A stretch of DNA of 64,000 nt from the human T2T-CHM13v2.0 reference genome, Homo sapiens, in assembly GCF_009914755.1 (NCBI RefSeq), contig NC_060932.1; one strand, given 5' to 3'. Each line of letters begins with the position of its first letter. Position 1 is the first letter of the stretch. Of the stretch, positions 42,640 through 56,559 are shown in pieces. The notes below the pieces were generated by a model. The model worked only from the letters and a program-made list of their open reading frames with translations. It was not told where the DNA came from and ran no database searches. Made by a program: the position numbers and the translations under genes.

Positions 42640-43470
42640 AATAGCTACTCCTTCGTAAGGCTTTGCTAGGATAGCAGGGACCAGATTTACTCTCAGAGCA
42701 GAAAATAAACAAACAAACAAACAAAGTCACAGAAATAAAGGAAACAGTAATTGTTGGCTGTTGAATAACAGGAAATACAGAGTGGTGATTCCTGAGAGAA
42801 GAAAACAAAAGGGTGAATTACTTACCCAGTTCACTGCCTGGAAAGAGAGGCCAGGGAACAGAGAAGGGAAGCAATCCAAGCAGAATTTGGCAGTTCTTGG
42901 ATTAGAGGAAAAAGAACTGAGACTTGCCGGGGGGCCAAAGGCTGCTAGACTTGCCGGGCAAAATACCAGAGAGAGAAGAGAGCTTCACAAGAGATGTGTA
43001 GAGGACCCTCGGGGTCTTCAGCTGAGAGCTCACCTGTATATTATGCAGGTAACAGAGGTACCCAAGGCTGAGCTCAGGCTACAGAAAGATCCACCCGAAA
43101 GGAGTAGGGGGTCATCTTCAGAGCTTGCACAAGGCCAATGTTTGGATTTTTACAGGCAGAGTGGAAAAATATCATAAAATAGGAGTATTGGGTTAAGTAC
43201 TCAAAGTACCACCTCAACAATGAAAAAAATGAGTAGTAAACAAAAGACTTCGTTGGTTTTACCCAACAAACATTACATGTTCAAAAAAATCCAACCCTTT
43301 GCAAGTAATTTAACTGTGTAACAGAACAAAGCACAAAACTTTATTTAGAGAAATGCAAAAATATCCAGCACTTAACAAGGTAAAATGTGTGATATCTCGC
43401 ATCTAAGCAAAAATTACCAGGCATGAAAAGAAACAGGAAAATAAGACCCACAACAAGTAGGAAAATAAAA
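42640..43470 (+). mobile_element. Old L1M (L1MC/MD-type) 5' region
   Basis: gtgattcctgagagaag...aaaatatccagcacttaacaaggtaaaat...aaaaattaccaggcatgaaaagaaacaggaaaataagacccac is typical of the L1M 5'UTR/ORF1 start. Confidence 0.65.
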
Positions 43471-43546
43471 TGAATACAAGAGTGTTCACCTTATAATACC
43501 TTCAGGCTATTTGTTTTCCTTCCACAAGTCATCACACAAATAAACC

Positions 43547-44079
43547 TTTTTTATTATTATTATACTTTAAGTTGTGAGGGTACATGTGTAGAATGTGCAG
43601 GTTTGTGACATAGGTAGACACGTGCCATGATGGTTTTCTGCACCTATCAACCTGCGATCTACATTAGATATTTTTCCTAATGCTATTCCTCCCCTAGACC
43701 CCCACCCCCCAACAGGCCCCAGTGGGTGATGTTCCCCTCCCTGTGTCCATGTGTTCTCTTTGTTCAACTCCCACTTATGAGTGAGAACATGCGGTGTTTG
43801 GCTTTCTGTTCTTGTGTTACTTTGCTGAGAATGATGGTTTACAGCTTCATCAATGTCCTGCAAAGGACATGAACTCATCCTTTTTTATGGCTGCATAGTA
43901 TTCCATGGTGTGTATGTGCCACATTTTATTTACCCAGTCTATCATTGACGGGCATTTGGATTGGTGATTCCTCAAGGATCTAGAACTAGACCTACCATTT
44001 GACCCAACAATCCCATTACTATAACCCAAAGGATTATAAATCATTCTACTATAAAGACACAAACACACTTATGTTTGTT
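43547..44079 (-). mobile_element. L1PA (L1PA7/8-like) 3' end with 5' inversion (twin priming)
   Basis: 43547-43964 is antisense L1 3' end; 43962-44079 is sense-strand upstream L1 sequence (gattcctcaaggatctagaa...ataaagacac); tgg microhomology at the junction. Confidence 0.93.
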
Positions 44080-44609
44080 TTGTTTTTCACTTATAGTATC
44101 TTCTTCTTTGTATCCTCTCCTCCCAGTGTGAGGTCCTAGCCACTCTGCCAGGTCCAGTTTCAGCATTGCCTCCTTATACCAGTTTCTCTGTAAATTATTT
44201 ATTTCCCATACACATTCATATTTTCACATTTTGTTTTACACACAGATCTCTTATGAAGTCTTGTCATACGCTTATATTGAGTTTTTGTCTAGACTCTAGT
44301 CTAAATCAATCAAAGGCAGGAAGAGTGTCAAACCTATTTTTTATCCTGTCACCTCGCACAGTGATCAAAGTGTAGGGTTCAACATGTGTGTCCAGTGCAT
44401 GAACACGTTCATGAGGCGTGCCTACAGCTAGTCCCTGTGGCCCACTGATCATCCTCGGTGTGTTGGTATGTTCAGAGCTGACCCAGTCTCTTGCCTATTG
44501 TTTCCTCCTGAAATGGCCATACGTCTTCTCTCCTCTCCCGCGCTGGCAGTTAAAGCATAAGAACGGAGCAATCAGAAGAGTTTTTTTCATCCCAAACCTG
44601 CTGCTCCCA

Positions 44610-44790
44610 CTTATTGACTTGTGACCTTGGGAATCTTACCTTATCACTTTCTTAATTCCTCAGTGATGCAAGTTAGACAAACAAACCCACAGCAGAGGGA
44701 TGTGTTAAGGATTAAAGGGATGAGTATCTGGTATATCACAGATATAACAGATAATAAATGGTGTGAGTATCTGGTATATAACAGGCACCA
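44610..44790 (+). mobile_element. MIR with local 21-bp duplication
   Basis: acttgtgaccttgggaatcttac...ttcctcag; tgagtatctggtatat(c/a)acag at 44721 and 44764. Confidence 0.6.
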
Positions 44791-45901
44791 AATACCTTTT
44801 CCTCCCCTTTCTGCTCTACCTCTGCAAAGTTTAATAGTGGTAAAGATAAAAGAGCTGTTCAACATTCCTAAGATAGTGATAGGAATCAATGTCTTTGTTG
44901 ATTAAAGTTTCCAAATTATTACTATACGATTAAGAGTACTTTCAAAAAGGATGCTTTGAAAATTTACAATTTTTTTTCTAAATTTACAAAGTACTAAATA
45001 TCTTTTTTGGTAGTGTAGTTACACTACTTGACACGTAATTCATTCAGAAGAAATGAATAAATAATATATCATCATTGTGATTTATTAGACTTTTGCCTTT
45101 TATTACAGTATATTTTTATTTCTACATTTTTTCACATTATCACTATGAAATTACCAGGGTCATAGACATTGTTAATTATCTTCAAGAAGAAAATCAAAAA
45201 AGCTATTCCATTAATTTAGTTCATATTTTAAATGCCTAATTCACAGATAGTTTTCATCATAGACTGAAATGAACTCTTTAATTACATAAATACTTAATAT
45301 AAAATATTGGATCATTTTATCCTCCGATTTCTTTACATTTGAAATAACATTGCTAAAAGTTTCCTATTTTAACAATTTCCTTTCACTCTATGGTTCCATA
45401 TAGATAATTCACATGTAATTTTATTTGAAAACATACTGTATTTAAAATAGTTTAAACATAAGTGAGACCTAAATTCAATTTCATGTTATCTGCATATTTG
45501 AAGAGAGTACTTTTTTTTGCAACAATCTGAGCACTGGAGAGAGTTTAAAGTGGAATTAGAATTCCCCGAGTTGGCAAAAGCATCTCACCTATTAGCAAGG
45601 TGACTACATATGGCAGAATATTCTATCATAAGAGTAGGAAAAACCCATAGCTCTTAGGGATTAAAAGAGTGAAAGCTGTATGCAGTTGTGGGTTCAGGGA
45701 AGGCTGTAGAAAAACATAACATTTGAGGTAGGCCCTGAAGAGAGTAAGTAAGATTTTGATGAAGGAAAATTTCAACATAAAAGACATGTTGTAGAAGCAG
45801 AAAAATGCTGGACATATTTGAGAAAAATCTAAGAATAATCACTGTCTACAGAATATTGCTTATTTTCAAAGAGATGGTGACAAGGTTGAAAATGCAGTAG
45901 G

Positions 45902-46205
<304 letters not shown>

Positions 46206-47325
46206 ATGCAGCAGGAATCTGAGAATAGAAAGATTTTGACCAGCCTACAAATAGAGAGTTAAGCAGCGAAGGAATGGAAAAATCATATGATTTTAATGAG
46301 ACATTAATTGGTGGTTCCAAAGTTGTTTCCTCATTTGTACAATGACAAGCTTTGGTTATACAATTCTAATTTCCAGTTCTAAACTCCTATGGAGACCCAT
46401 GTGATTGTAAGAGAAGTTAGGCATTATGTATAAGCAATTTTGCTTAAACGGAAGTTCTGTAGCAGGTTCAACAGACTTATTTCACACAGTCTTACTCTAT
46501 ATAGTACTTCAACCCCTAAAATTCATGAAAAGTGAGAAATATAAACTTATGTTCTTTCCTGTAGAGCATGGCCTTCCTAATTTCACAGCCTTGTTCCATG
46601 TCTTCTTCACAGGTCACCCCATTTGATTCAAAGTAACCATTCACAACAAACCATACATAATGGGACTAGGGCTTTCTCTTAAAACCTGTTATCAGAAATG
46701 TTGCCTGGCATAAGGATCCTGACCAGTGTGGCTGATCTATATTGGGTCATATATCTGCTTTCCAAGGTGTTTGAGTGGCTGATACCCAAAGTCAACAGTG
46801 CGACAGAAACCAGAAGACATAAGGAGAAAAAACAAATAAGGGGCAGTGGACTCTACAAACAAGAATTATATAGGAAATGTATAAAATAGAAGGAAGCCGA
46901 GAGGGTATGATTTGGGTATTTCACATCCGCTCACTCAAATATCCCCCCTTCCCCTGGCCAGACCTGCCTATCTTGACTTATTGAACCATAAAGGATGGGC
47001 AGCTCCTAATAACCTCCTCCAGGTGCCTTGTACTGAGAGTTTAGCTTAAGGCAACTTCTATGAAGAAACTCCACATTTTGAGTCTTGGAGTTCTGAGCCT
47101 GGGGGTGGCAGGTGTCCCAGCAACAGGCATTCAGACTACTGGGCTGTCAGTGCAGCCTGCTGCCTCAAGGACTTCACTGTGATCCTGGGAATGGCAGGCA
47201 CAGCCACACCCTTAGCAGGCCAGTTCCTCTGTGTAGTTCAAATTTACCCGAGGCCAAGCTTAGATTTTACACCTTTTACCTTCCCAATGACATCACCTAA
47301 AAATCTCCTGCCTTAACTGCTGCTG

Positions 47326-47532
47326 TGCAATTATCAATGCTGACAAACAGTGGAAATAGTATAAAAAATATAGAACAAAGTGAACTGTGTCATCGGAATG
47401 TATGATGCATCTGCAGAGATTTCCCTGCACCAAGAATGTGAGTTCTAAGACCTTTTCCTCTTCCTCATCACTAACTGCGTATTCCATTAACTAAACAGCA
47501 ACCTCGAAAGAAATCAATACTCGGAAGGTTCT
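47326..47532 (+). repeat. Diverged direct repeat, copy A (pairs with 48314-48530)
   Basis: Shared collinear blocks aatgctgacaa, aactgt, atgat.cat, gaatgtg, aagacctt, cactaac, gtattccattaa.taaa, gcaacct, aagaaa. Confidence 0.85.
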
Positions 47533-48313
47533 GTAGTAGCAGCCATTCCATGGATGGGACACCAGAGGTGGGGCAGGAGCAAGGAGGGGTTCCTCACCCT
47601 GGCAGGAAAGCTAGAAGCCTAGCCTTTGTCAGTGAACACAGCAAACCAAGCTTCTTTTCTGAAATCTTCTTGGAAGCAGATGAAGTGCACACAAAAGAGG
47701 GTTCTTCTCCACCCCCAGGAGGTGCATTCTGGTGGCCAATGCCAGGGAATGATTTCAAAGGACTGATAAACCTACTAGGAACAAGACAGGTCAGTGGCCA
47801 TTTATGACCTCCCATACAGAAGAAAACAAACAAACACTGCTCCTGGAAGATCCAGCTCAGAGGATATAAGGGCAAAATCCAATTTGCCCTGTTTTCCATA
47901 AGGTGTTGTTATATATGGATGAAGGGTTTCAGTTTATTTTGTTTCAGCCCCATAAACAAACATCGAAAGTGTGTTTACCTAGCGCCTGCTTCCCATGTCT
48001 TGCTAGAGAACATAAGCAAGACAAAGAAGAGGAGGGACTCCCATCCCAGCACACCTCAGGGTCCTGGATCCTCAAGGCACTCTGAGTCCTGAGTTGATTC
48101 TAGGTATGGGGCCTCTTCACGGGAAGGAGGCAATTGTATTTGGAAAGGATATCATTGTATCACTGTTGACACATCATTGCATTCCTGGTGTGGTCACTCA
48201 TTGAGTGAGTGCTGCACTGTGGCTCCTTAAAATGGCTTGTAGTTACGCATCCAGTGGAGCCAGGAGGGAAAAATCAGACATCAGTAACCCACTTGATAAT
48301 ACTGCACATTGTA

Positions 48314-48530
48314 TGCAATCATGAATGCTGACAAGACACAGGGGAAAGAGGAGAAAAATAAATATAACAAAGGAAACTGTCATGAAAACAGATGATACAT
48401 TTCCAGGGATTCCCCTGAACCAGGAATGTGCGACTTTCAAGACCTTCTTCTGTTCCTCCCCACTAACCAAGTATTCCATTAATTAAATGGCAACCTAGCA
48501 AGAAACCAGTAGTTGGAGGTGGAGGGTTCT
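48314..48530 (+). repeat. Diverged direct repeat, copy B (pairs with 47326-47532)
   Basis: Same collinear blocks; antisense translations also align (MEYAVSDEEEEKVL vs MEYLVSGEEQKKVL). Confidence 0.85.
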
Positions 48531-48707
48531 CTTGTCTAGGAAGTCTTAGATAATCCCAAGAGACAGACCTCCAAATCCCACTGTGATCTGTCTTAGAAGG
48601 AACTCTACAGAAGCCAGGCAATACATGGTATTTACTTCATGTAAGAATCGTCTACTTTCAAGCGCTTCCTGTGGCTGAAGTTTGTCTGCTCATTTTTGCC
48701 TACTCAC

Positions 48708-48731
48708 TTTGCATGAATATCCATGGCAACC
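48708..48731. promoter_or_regulatory. Candidate octamer-like plus RFX X-box-like motif pair
   Basis: tttgcat adjacent to atatccatggcaac (RFX consensus GTTGCCATGGCAAC, right half exact). Confidence 0.25.
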
Positions 48732-49239
48732 AAAAGCATGCCTACCTTGTTAGCTTTTCCGGTGAGGTAAGAATTATTATAGTAGGCAGGGCAACATGAA
48801 AGCATCTGAAGATTTTTTCCCAAACTACCCAAATTACACAACAACCATCATGCTCATCTCTAGGGCCAGAAAGCGAGATGCAGGATAAAACTCAGTGATT
48901 ATAGATGGAATCCAACACTGAGAAGGCGTGAATGTTATTCCTGTTGCACCCCTCTCCACTTCCCATTTTAAATGCTGGCCCATTTAAAATGCTGATGACC
49001 CTGAGAACGACTGTAGATTAACAAAAGCTTATTGCACCTGATGGCTGGAATTGAGAGTTCCGTTCTGTATATGCACATGGTCAGAATATAATAGAGCAGA
49101 TTTACATGCTGGCTGGGGCACCTTTTTCTGTTCACGGTCATATCAGTCTACAGTAGCACAATTTCCTTCACCTGGGGTACGAACTCAGTAAAGCCGTTGG
49201 CTCGCTATTTTTAAAGCAATATTTGTTGACCTAACAAGG

Positions 49240-49427
49240 GATTCTCCAACACTAGCATTCATCAGCATTACCAGAACGGAGTGGTAAATCAGAGCTCAGG
49301 GCCCTACCGTCAGCGTTTCTGAAATATTCAGTTTAGAGTTGTGCCAGAGAATTTGGCTTTCTAACAAGCTCCCTGGGGATGCCAATGCTGCCGATTTGGG
49401 AACACTGCTTTGAAAACCATTGGTCTA
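49240..49427. mobile_element. MER5A (hAT-Charlie)
   Basis: catcagcattacc...gaatttggctttctaacaagctccctggggatgccaatgctgc...ctttgaaaaccattggtcta. Confidence 0.85.
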
Positions 49428-51224
49428 AGATGACCAAAGACTGCAGATCATCTTCACATACGGTGGGAGACTCAGACATAGCAAGGACAGCGGATAAGTC
49501 CTTTGAAAATACAGGGCTTGCGATTTCAGACATGGGGCAACCTGACAACGATCACCAATGTGGCGAGAGGCACTCAGATTTTCAGCGTAGATAAAAAGAT
49601 GGGAAAACCAATTAGGCAGCTACTGAGCAAGAGGTAAAGAATGCATATATGCTTGACATAAGGAAGTATCAAGAGGAGATAGGAAAAAAGGTCCATAAAC
49701 GACAGGTAGTGCATAATGAGTAATCAAAGGTGGGCATAAAGGAAAGTGAACGTTAGAAGCAATTCCAAACTTCTTTTTCTCTCCTACGGAGAAAACAGTA
49801 AGAAACCTCAGAACATATAGGATAAAAGCATCTACCCAACGTTTCCTCAAAGACCAAAGGAAAAGGTCTGGACTCAAGAACATGAAACATTCCGTTTGGG
49901 TAACACCAAATGGGGACTTGATGGAATAGTAATGCCCATCTTCAGAAGAAGATGAGGTACGCAGAAATGGAATTCAGCTAAGAAATCACCAAGAAAACTT
50001 TGGCTTTGAGATTCTTCTGAAAAAAAAAGGTCACAGGTGAAGCTTTGGGCAAGATTTAACTTGGACTATTTTACATAGACCATGTATAGGAGGAAAAGTA
50101 AGTTAGGAGCCATAATCTCAAGGAATGTCTACTTTGGAAGTGCAGGTGAAAAAATAGGTTAATGAAGGAACCTGAGAAGGAAAACGAAAGAATTGGGAGA
50201 ACCAGACCACAGAAGGTCAGTGGTATGGATTCCAACTCAGAAGACGACTTCAAATAAGAGATGAGGTTGTAGCATATTCTTATACAGGAGAGGGGAATCC
50301 AGCTGTAATATCTGTTATCATTGACAAGGTCTACTAGACAACAAATGTTAGATACATTATTGTATATATAATGCAGAAATAACACATTACATATCTTTAA
50401 AAATGATATAGCTTAGTTTTCATTAGTGTTTAATACAAACGTCCATTTTATAGTCAATTGCTCTCTAAGTATCTCTTTTACATTTTTCTCTTCCTTCTTT
50501 TCAAGAGCAATTTTAAGAGAGAATCAGAATAGGCAGAGAGTTAAAAGAAAGGTTAATGAAAATGGGGAGACTCTGCTAATGTATTTCCTTGGGCAAATTG
50601 CAGAACAGTGGCACAATCAGTCGGATTGTTTGCAGCCTCCAGGTTGCTGCCTGTAGGTAACTGGTGATGAGCCATTCTCTGTGCTGAGTGCCTTTCTTGC
50701 AGTGTGATGTGTCAGGCTGTTCCAGCTCCAATGTTGGCTTTCCTGTGGGGCGCTCATCACTGTCACTCATACTACAAAGATGTTACCAAGTCAGAAAGGG
50801 GAAAAAGCCCCCAAAAACAACAACAACAAAAAACAACAAAAAGCTCCACGATGCATGTTTCTAGAATGTATTTTGTTTACACATAGGTATTAAAAGTTTA
50901 AAATGAATAACAAGAGACCTACTGTCCGAAAACATTGTTACATACATTATTTTTATTTAATCATAAAACCAAATGTAACTTTTCTTGCTAAAATGTCTCC
51001 TGTAAGTATAAAGTAAGGTACATTTTTGTTTGAAAGATGACACATTTTGTAAAACAAAAAACTTTAAAATCTTTCCTTTTGCTTCCAGGTCCCTAATTTT
51101 CCTTGCTCACCACATAATTGGTACATTTTCCACTGTGATCTAGAAGTTGAATGAAATTCTTGTTTTAACATTTACCAGTAAACTTTATTCATTTGGGAAA
51201 TGATAAGAGGTACTTAGCATCAGT

Positions 51225-51400
51225 TATTGGTGATCCAAGTACTAAGCTCTGCACTCCATAATTTACATGATATGTAACAGAAACTATGCAAACAAGTCAC
51301 TATGTCCATTTATGAATGAAGAAATACTCAAAGATGTTAAATGCCTCATTCGAGGTCACATTATAAGACAGTAAGTAAGCTTGTATTTGACCCAAATTCT
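51225..51400 (-). mobile_element. MIR
   Basis: ccaagtactaagctctgc...ccatttatgaatgaagaaatact...gaggtcacatt...gtatttgacccaa. Confidence 0.55.
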
Positions 51401-51714
51401 ACACACCCAATTACACTGCACTCAATACAATTTTTTTTTTTTTTTTTTTTTTTGAGAGGAATTCTCTTCTTAACTGTGAATTACCACTTCCCCACGACTC
51501 AGTTAAGTCAACTGTGCGGTCTGAGACTTCTCTCTTTCTTAGTGCACATAAGCTATGGAGGCATGATTTCTTTTTATTACTTCTGGTTTCTACTTTTGAG
51601 TAGTTTTAATTTCTTAATTTATACAAATTTCGGTTGTCACACATAAGGTAACAGTTAACAGGGGACTTACAAAAATTAGAAATACTCCTCCTGCTTTTTT
51701 GGTAATAAAGCATC

Positions 51715-51785
51715 TCCTGTACTCTATAAATATACACACTATGTACCCACAACAATTTAAAAAAATGAAAAAAAATTAAAAATGA
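51715..51785 (+). mobile_element. L1MA-type 3' terminus with poly-A
   Basis: ctataaatatacacactatgtacccacaacaatttaaaaaaa. Confidence 0.7.
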
Positions 51786-52363
51786 AGACATTTTGTTTTG
51801 AAATATTTACCATGCTTACTTACCAAGAATAACATCACTTTTTCTCTTTGAAAGGCATGTCTACATATTCAACCTACTAGGAAGTGCTTTATTAGCTATA
51901 CTATGGCTATTTCTTTACTGTTCTTGTTTTATCAAAAAAGTTACATCGTTTAAGTTAGCAATCTGACAAAGTATTCTCTTTGAAATAAACTTCCAAAAAT
52001 AACACTGTGGTTTTAGAAGCTTAAGCAATTCTTGCTAGAATAATTATAACTGAAACTCATAAAATGTCCTCATAACATTCATTTGTATATATTGGTAGTG
52101 TGTTGTTTGCATTCGCTGTTTTTGCAATGCATTTGCAAGTTTAGCAGAGTATCACTCTTCTGTGATATTTATTTTTGTGTTTACTATTCCTCTTGGGCTT
52201 CCAACATCAATCTTCCTTTGTAAGTCAAGCCCTGGAGAATAATCACATAATAAATAAAAATTGCACAACAAATAAATCCAAGCCTTGTATTGCGTCTACA
52301 GACTGTATGGCTTCCAAACGTGTGTTATCTGTCTTGAATGCACGGTTCTCATCAAGCCCATAA

Positions 52364-52775
<412 letters not shown>

Positions 52776-52828
52776 AAAAAATACTTATTTTTCTTTATTT
52801 ACTACTTACATGTATGCCCAAACCTCAG

Positions 52829-53294
52829 TGATATCATTTGGATCTGTATCCCCACCCAAATCTCATGTTGAGATGTGATACCCAGTGTTGGAGATGAGGT
52901 CCGGTGGGAGGTATCTGGACTATGGGAGCAGATTCCTCAAGAATGGCTTGGGCCATCCCCTTGGTGATGAGTGAGCTTTTGCTCCAAGTTCTCATGAGAT
53001 GTGGTCAATTAAAAAAGTGTGTGGCACCACCCTGCTTACACACACACACACACACACACACAGACACACACACTCTTTCTCTCTTGTTCCTGCTCTGGCC
53101 ATGTGAGGTGTCTGCTCCCCTTTTGCTTTCTGCCATGACTGGAAGCTCCCTGAGGTCTCCCCAAAAGCCAAGCAGATGCCAGCACCATGCTTCCTGTACA
53201 GCATGCAGAACTGTGAGCCAATTAAACCTCTTTTCTTCATAAATTATGCAGTCTCATATATTTCTTTATAGTAATGCAAGAACAGTCCAATATA
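52829..53294 (+). mobile_element. MSTB-like MaLR solo LTR with internal (CA)n
   Basis: tgatatcatttggatctgtatccccacccaaatctcatg...gaactgtgagccaattaaacctcttttcttcataaatta...; 5-bp TSD ctcag / gtcag. Confidence 0.92.
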
Positions 53295-53396
53295 GTCAGC
53301 ATTTGACTACATTTAAGACTTCACAATGAGTAGTATCCCAACAAATATACAACAGGAACAGAGGTTCCTGTTATGAAATCCACAATTTCTCCATAA

Positions 53397-53437
53397 CACC
53401 CGTCAGATCCACCTGTCAGATCCACCCGTCAGATCCA
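53397..53437. repeat. 13-bp tandem repeat x3 (caccYgtcagatc)
   Basis: cacccgtcagatc cacctgtcagatc cacccgtcagatc. Confidence 0.9.
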
Positions 53438-53500
53438 GTAGGACTCTGTCTGGTTGTACTCTTCTACAAAGTAACACTATATTGTCAATTTAATATTTTG

Positions 53501-53793
53501 GGCTGGGCGTGCTGGCTCACACCTGTAATCCCAGTGCTTTAGGAGGACTAGTCAGGCAGATCACTTGAGATCAGGAGTTCAGACCAGCCTGACCAACATG
53601 AAGAAATCCCACACCAAATATACAAAAATGAACCATGCATGTTGGCAGGTGCCTGTAATCCCAGCTACTTAGGAGGCTGAGACAGGAGGATCACTTGAAC
53701 CGAGGAGGCAGAGGTTACAGTAAGCCAAGATCACACCACAGCACTTCAGCCTGGGCAACAGAGTGAAACCCTGTCTCAAAAAAAAAAAAAAAA
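53501..53793 (+). mobile_element. AluS/J
   Basis: Full dimer with A-tail; TSD-like tattttg on both sides. Confidence 0.95.
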
Positions 53794-55738
53794 GTATTTT
53801 GTAATAGCTCATAAATCTAATCATATTTTATTTGTTTTCACAACCTCTTATGCCTTTAAGTTTTACACTCCTAGGTGTTTGCTCAATTTTCTGTAGGTTG
53901 AGGATACCCCAATCAAGTTCGTGACTTATCTGCATTCCTGTCTTTCCTGCGGCATCTCCTCCCTACTTATCATTTCTTTCCCTATCTATCTTCTGAAGCA
54001 CTGTTCATTCTTGCACATGCAGCTCATATCCCACCTTCCCAGATTCTACAGCTCAGCAGGAATGTCAGTTTCTCTCAGAAAGCTTCATTATGTATGCCCA
54101 GCACCCTACATTGGATTCACTTTTCCCCATGTTCATTTTTATAACTAAATGCAAGACCCCCCGACATATACAGCCGCCTCTGTGTTACTGTGCCGTAAGT
54201 TCTTAGTGCATTATCTTACACATACTGCAGATTCAATAACTATTTCTTCGTAATTCTTGTTTCTTATTCTCCAATATGCAACTACATATAATAGCAAAAT
54301 GAAAATATATTTCCCGAAACTAAACTACCGAACTATCCTCCCCAAATTATTTGCCTGATAAGAATAAACCAGAAAATCTTCCTCAAATAGTTGACAAGAT
54401 TACTGCCTCCCAGGTGAGTCCCTGTGGGAACCTCTTTCAGAGAGAAGCCAGGGAACTCGGTGACACAAGGTGCTGAATGGCAGAAGCATCATGCTGCATG
54501 CTGGGTGCAAACGCAGTTTTGAGACTAATTTTACCCCGCCCCTCAAAGCTTCCTGTCACGTGTGTTTGTTGCGAGGTGTCTACAGTTTTTCATGGTTAGT
54601 TGTCTTTCAGTGATTTAAAAATACATCCTGGTTTCTGGTAACGAGAGCCTTGCCAGCCTTCTTTTGGGTTTTGGGTTTTGTAATTCAAACATGTTTCAGT
54701 GTTGTTGTATCCCATTCTCATTTGTGTAAGCCTGGCAGTATGAATTAAATCCACAGCTGGGAGACTGCAGACAATGGGGCAACATTTATAGTGGCAACTG
54801 TGGCTTTCTTCTGTCATGAAAGCCTCAGTCATAATCAATAAAGCTAAAAGGTAGCCATCCCAGAGGCCCCAGTTAGGTCATTTCAATGTTCCTTGTTTTC
54901 CTAAAGGCTTCACAATGACCTTTCTAAATATTAACCAGCTTCGGTCCATGTGCCAAGTCTTCCCAGGAGAGGTTTTTGTATTTGACTCACAGTATTTTTC
55001 CTCCAAGCAAATAATTATTACTGTTTCCTCATAGCACAATCCATTTGCTTAAAAAAATACATAATACATAGCTAGAGAATTTAACTATTGAAAAGCCCAC
55101 ATCGTAATGATTTTTTTACAGTCTCCATGACCATGGCATTGGAATTCATTTTCATTTTTATGCAAAGCACATCTGAAATGAAAATGCTGAGTAATTTACT
55201 CAAACCCACAAACAATGATGGATGCTTGTGGTTTTTATTTTTTATCTTATCAGTTTGGCTCCACTGAATCATCTATTTTTAATTTTGCCAAGAAACCACG
55301 CATAATTCTACCCCAAAGTTGTGATGAAAATGTCAAGTTGCTTAGGTCATGGAGCAAACACAACTGTGGACAGAAATAATGAGGTTTGTGAGCAAACAGG
55401 TGCGGATCCCTCACGAAGCTAACGCTAGCCATTGCCACCACATCTTAATGCCAAGGAGCCAAAGGGCTGTGCTCCAAGCCTCTCTTGGAGATGCTCTTTC
55501 AGTCCTTTCTCATATGAGGATCACCAAAACGCTGAAAAAGGAAGACAGCATTGCACTCAAATTAACGATTCCTACCATGCGGCAGGAGGATAGTATAAAT
55601 TCTTTCTAGGCACCTGTGAGTAAGCACTGAGTAGGTAAAAACAGTGTGTACTGTCTCTCCAACTGAGCACCTCACAGATAGGAGCTCTTCTTCTGGTTTT
55701 TGCTTTTTTTCCCCAGTAATACCCTTCTGTCATGATAT

Positions 55739-55743
<5 letters not shown>

Positions 55744-55801
<58 letters not shown>
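55744..55801. repeat. Long perfect (CA)n microsatellite (~28 units)
   Basis: Directly visible. Confidence 0.97.
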
Positions 55802-55804
<3 letters not shown>

Positions 55805-56559
55805 CATATGCAGAGACATTCAGATACACAGACATGCAGCTCTCATTACTACCGTTTTGCTAGCTGGCACCCCTGGGGGAATATTAAATTACATGAAAAA
55901 GTATTAAGTACTTTTTCAGTGTGAGTTACCATTCTTAGACACATATGTAATGGCATGTGATGAATGTTCAAATTCAAAATAGTTATGTGTGGAGACAGGA
56001 GAAGTTTTCAGGGAAACTTTATTTAGCTGATGAAATGTTTTTTCCCAATCATCTACACAAAGGAATGTTTTTGAGAAAAACAACACAATGACTTGAAAAG
56101 GGTACTTTACTATCACATTTTTTTCTTATAAAAATCTAAAAAAAAAAAAACTAAGATTTCTGCCTTCAGTTTTGAGGTAAACGTCATATGAAAGAGCCTA
56201 GCAACAATGTATTTCTCATCCCACACACAGCAACCATTTTAAATGTCAAGAGCGTTTCATAGAAATACTACTTTTTTCAGGATGGAATTGTGTTTGAAAA
56301 TTTGAAAATAGCAGGTGAAATCCAGCAACACCTGATTGAACATAAGAATTCCTCAAAAAATCCTTCGCAAGTTGGGATATCATGCCACTCACAGTTCTGA
56401 ACAAAACAGAAGTCACACCCTGCCTAGTGACCCTGGACACAATTCTATTAAAGCCAATCCTGACGCTAAGTCCTCACCTGAAAGAAGCGTCTCAGATGCT
56501 GTTGAACATCTAGATCCGAGAGAGATGATACAGAAAGGGCGAGCGCAGGGTTACTAGCA

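Noticed and set aside
42761-43177. 138-aa purine-rich ORF
   Set aside because: Lies inside the old L1M 5' region; its composition explains the lack of stops.
47293-48479. Paralogous small membrane proteins (MEYAVSDEEEEKVL / MEYLVSGEEQKKVL)
   Set aside because: Peptide similarity follows from the DNA duplication; indels between copies are not frame-preserving and the hydrophobicity reflects T-rich antisense sequence. Kept as a DNA-level finding.
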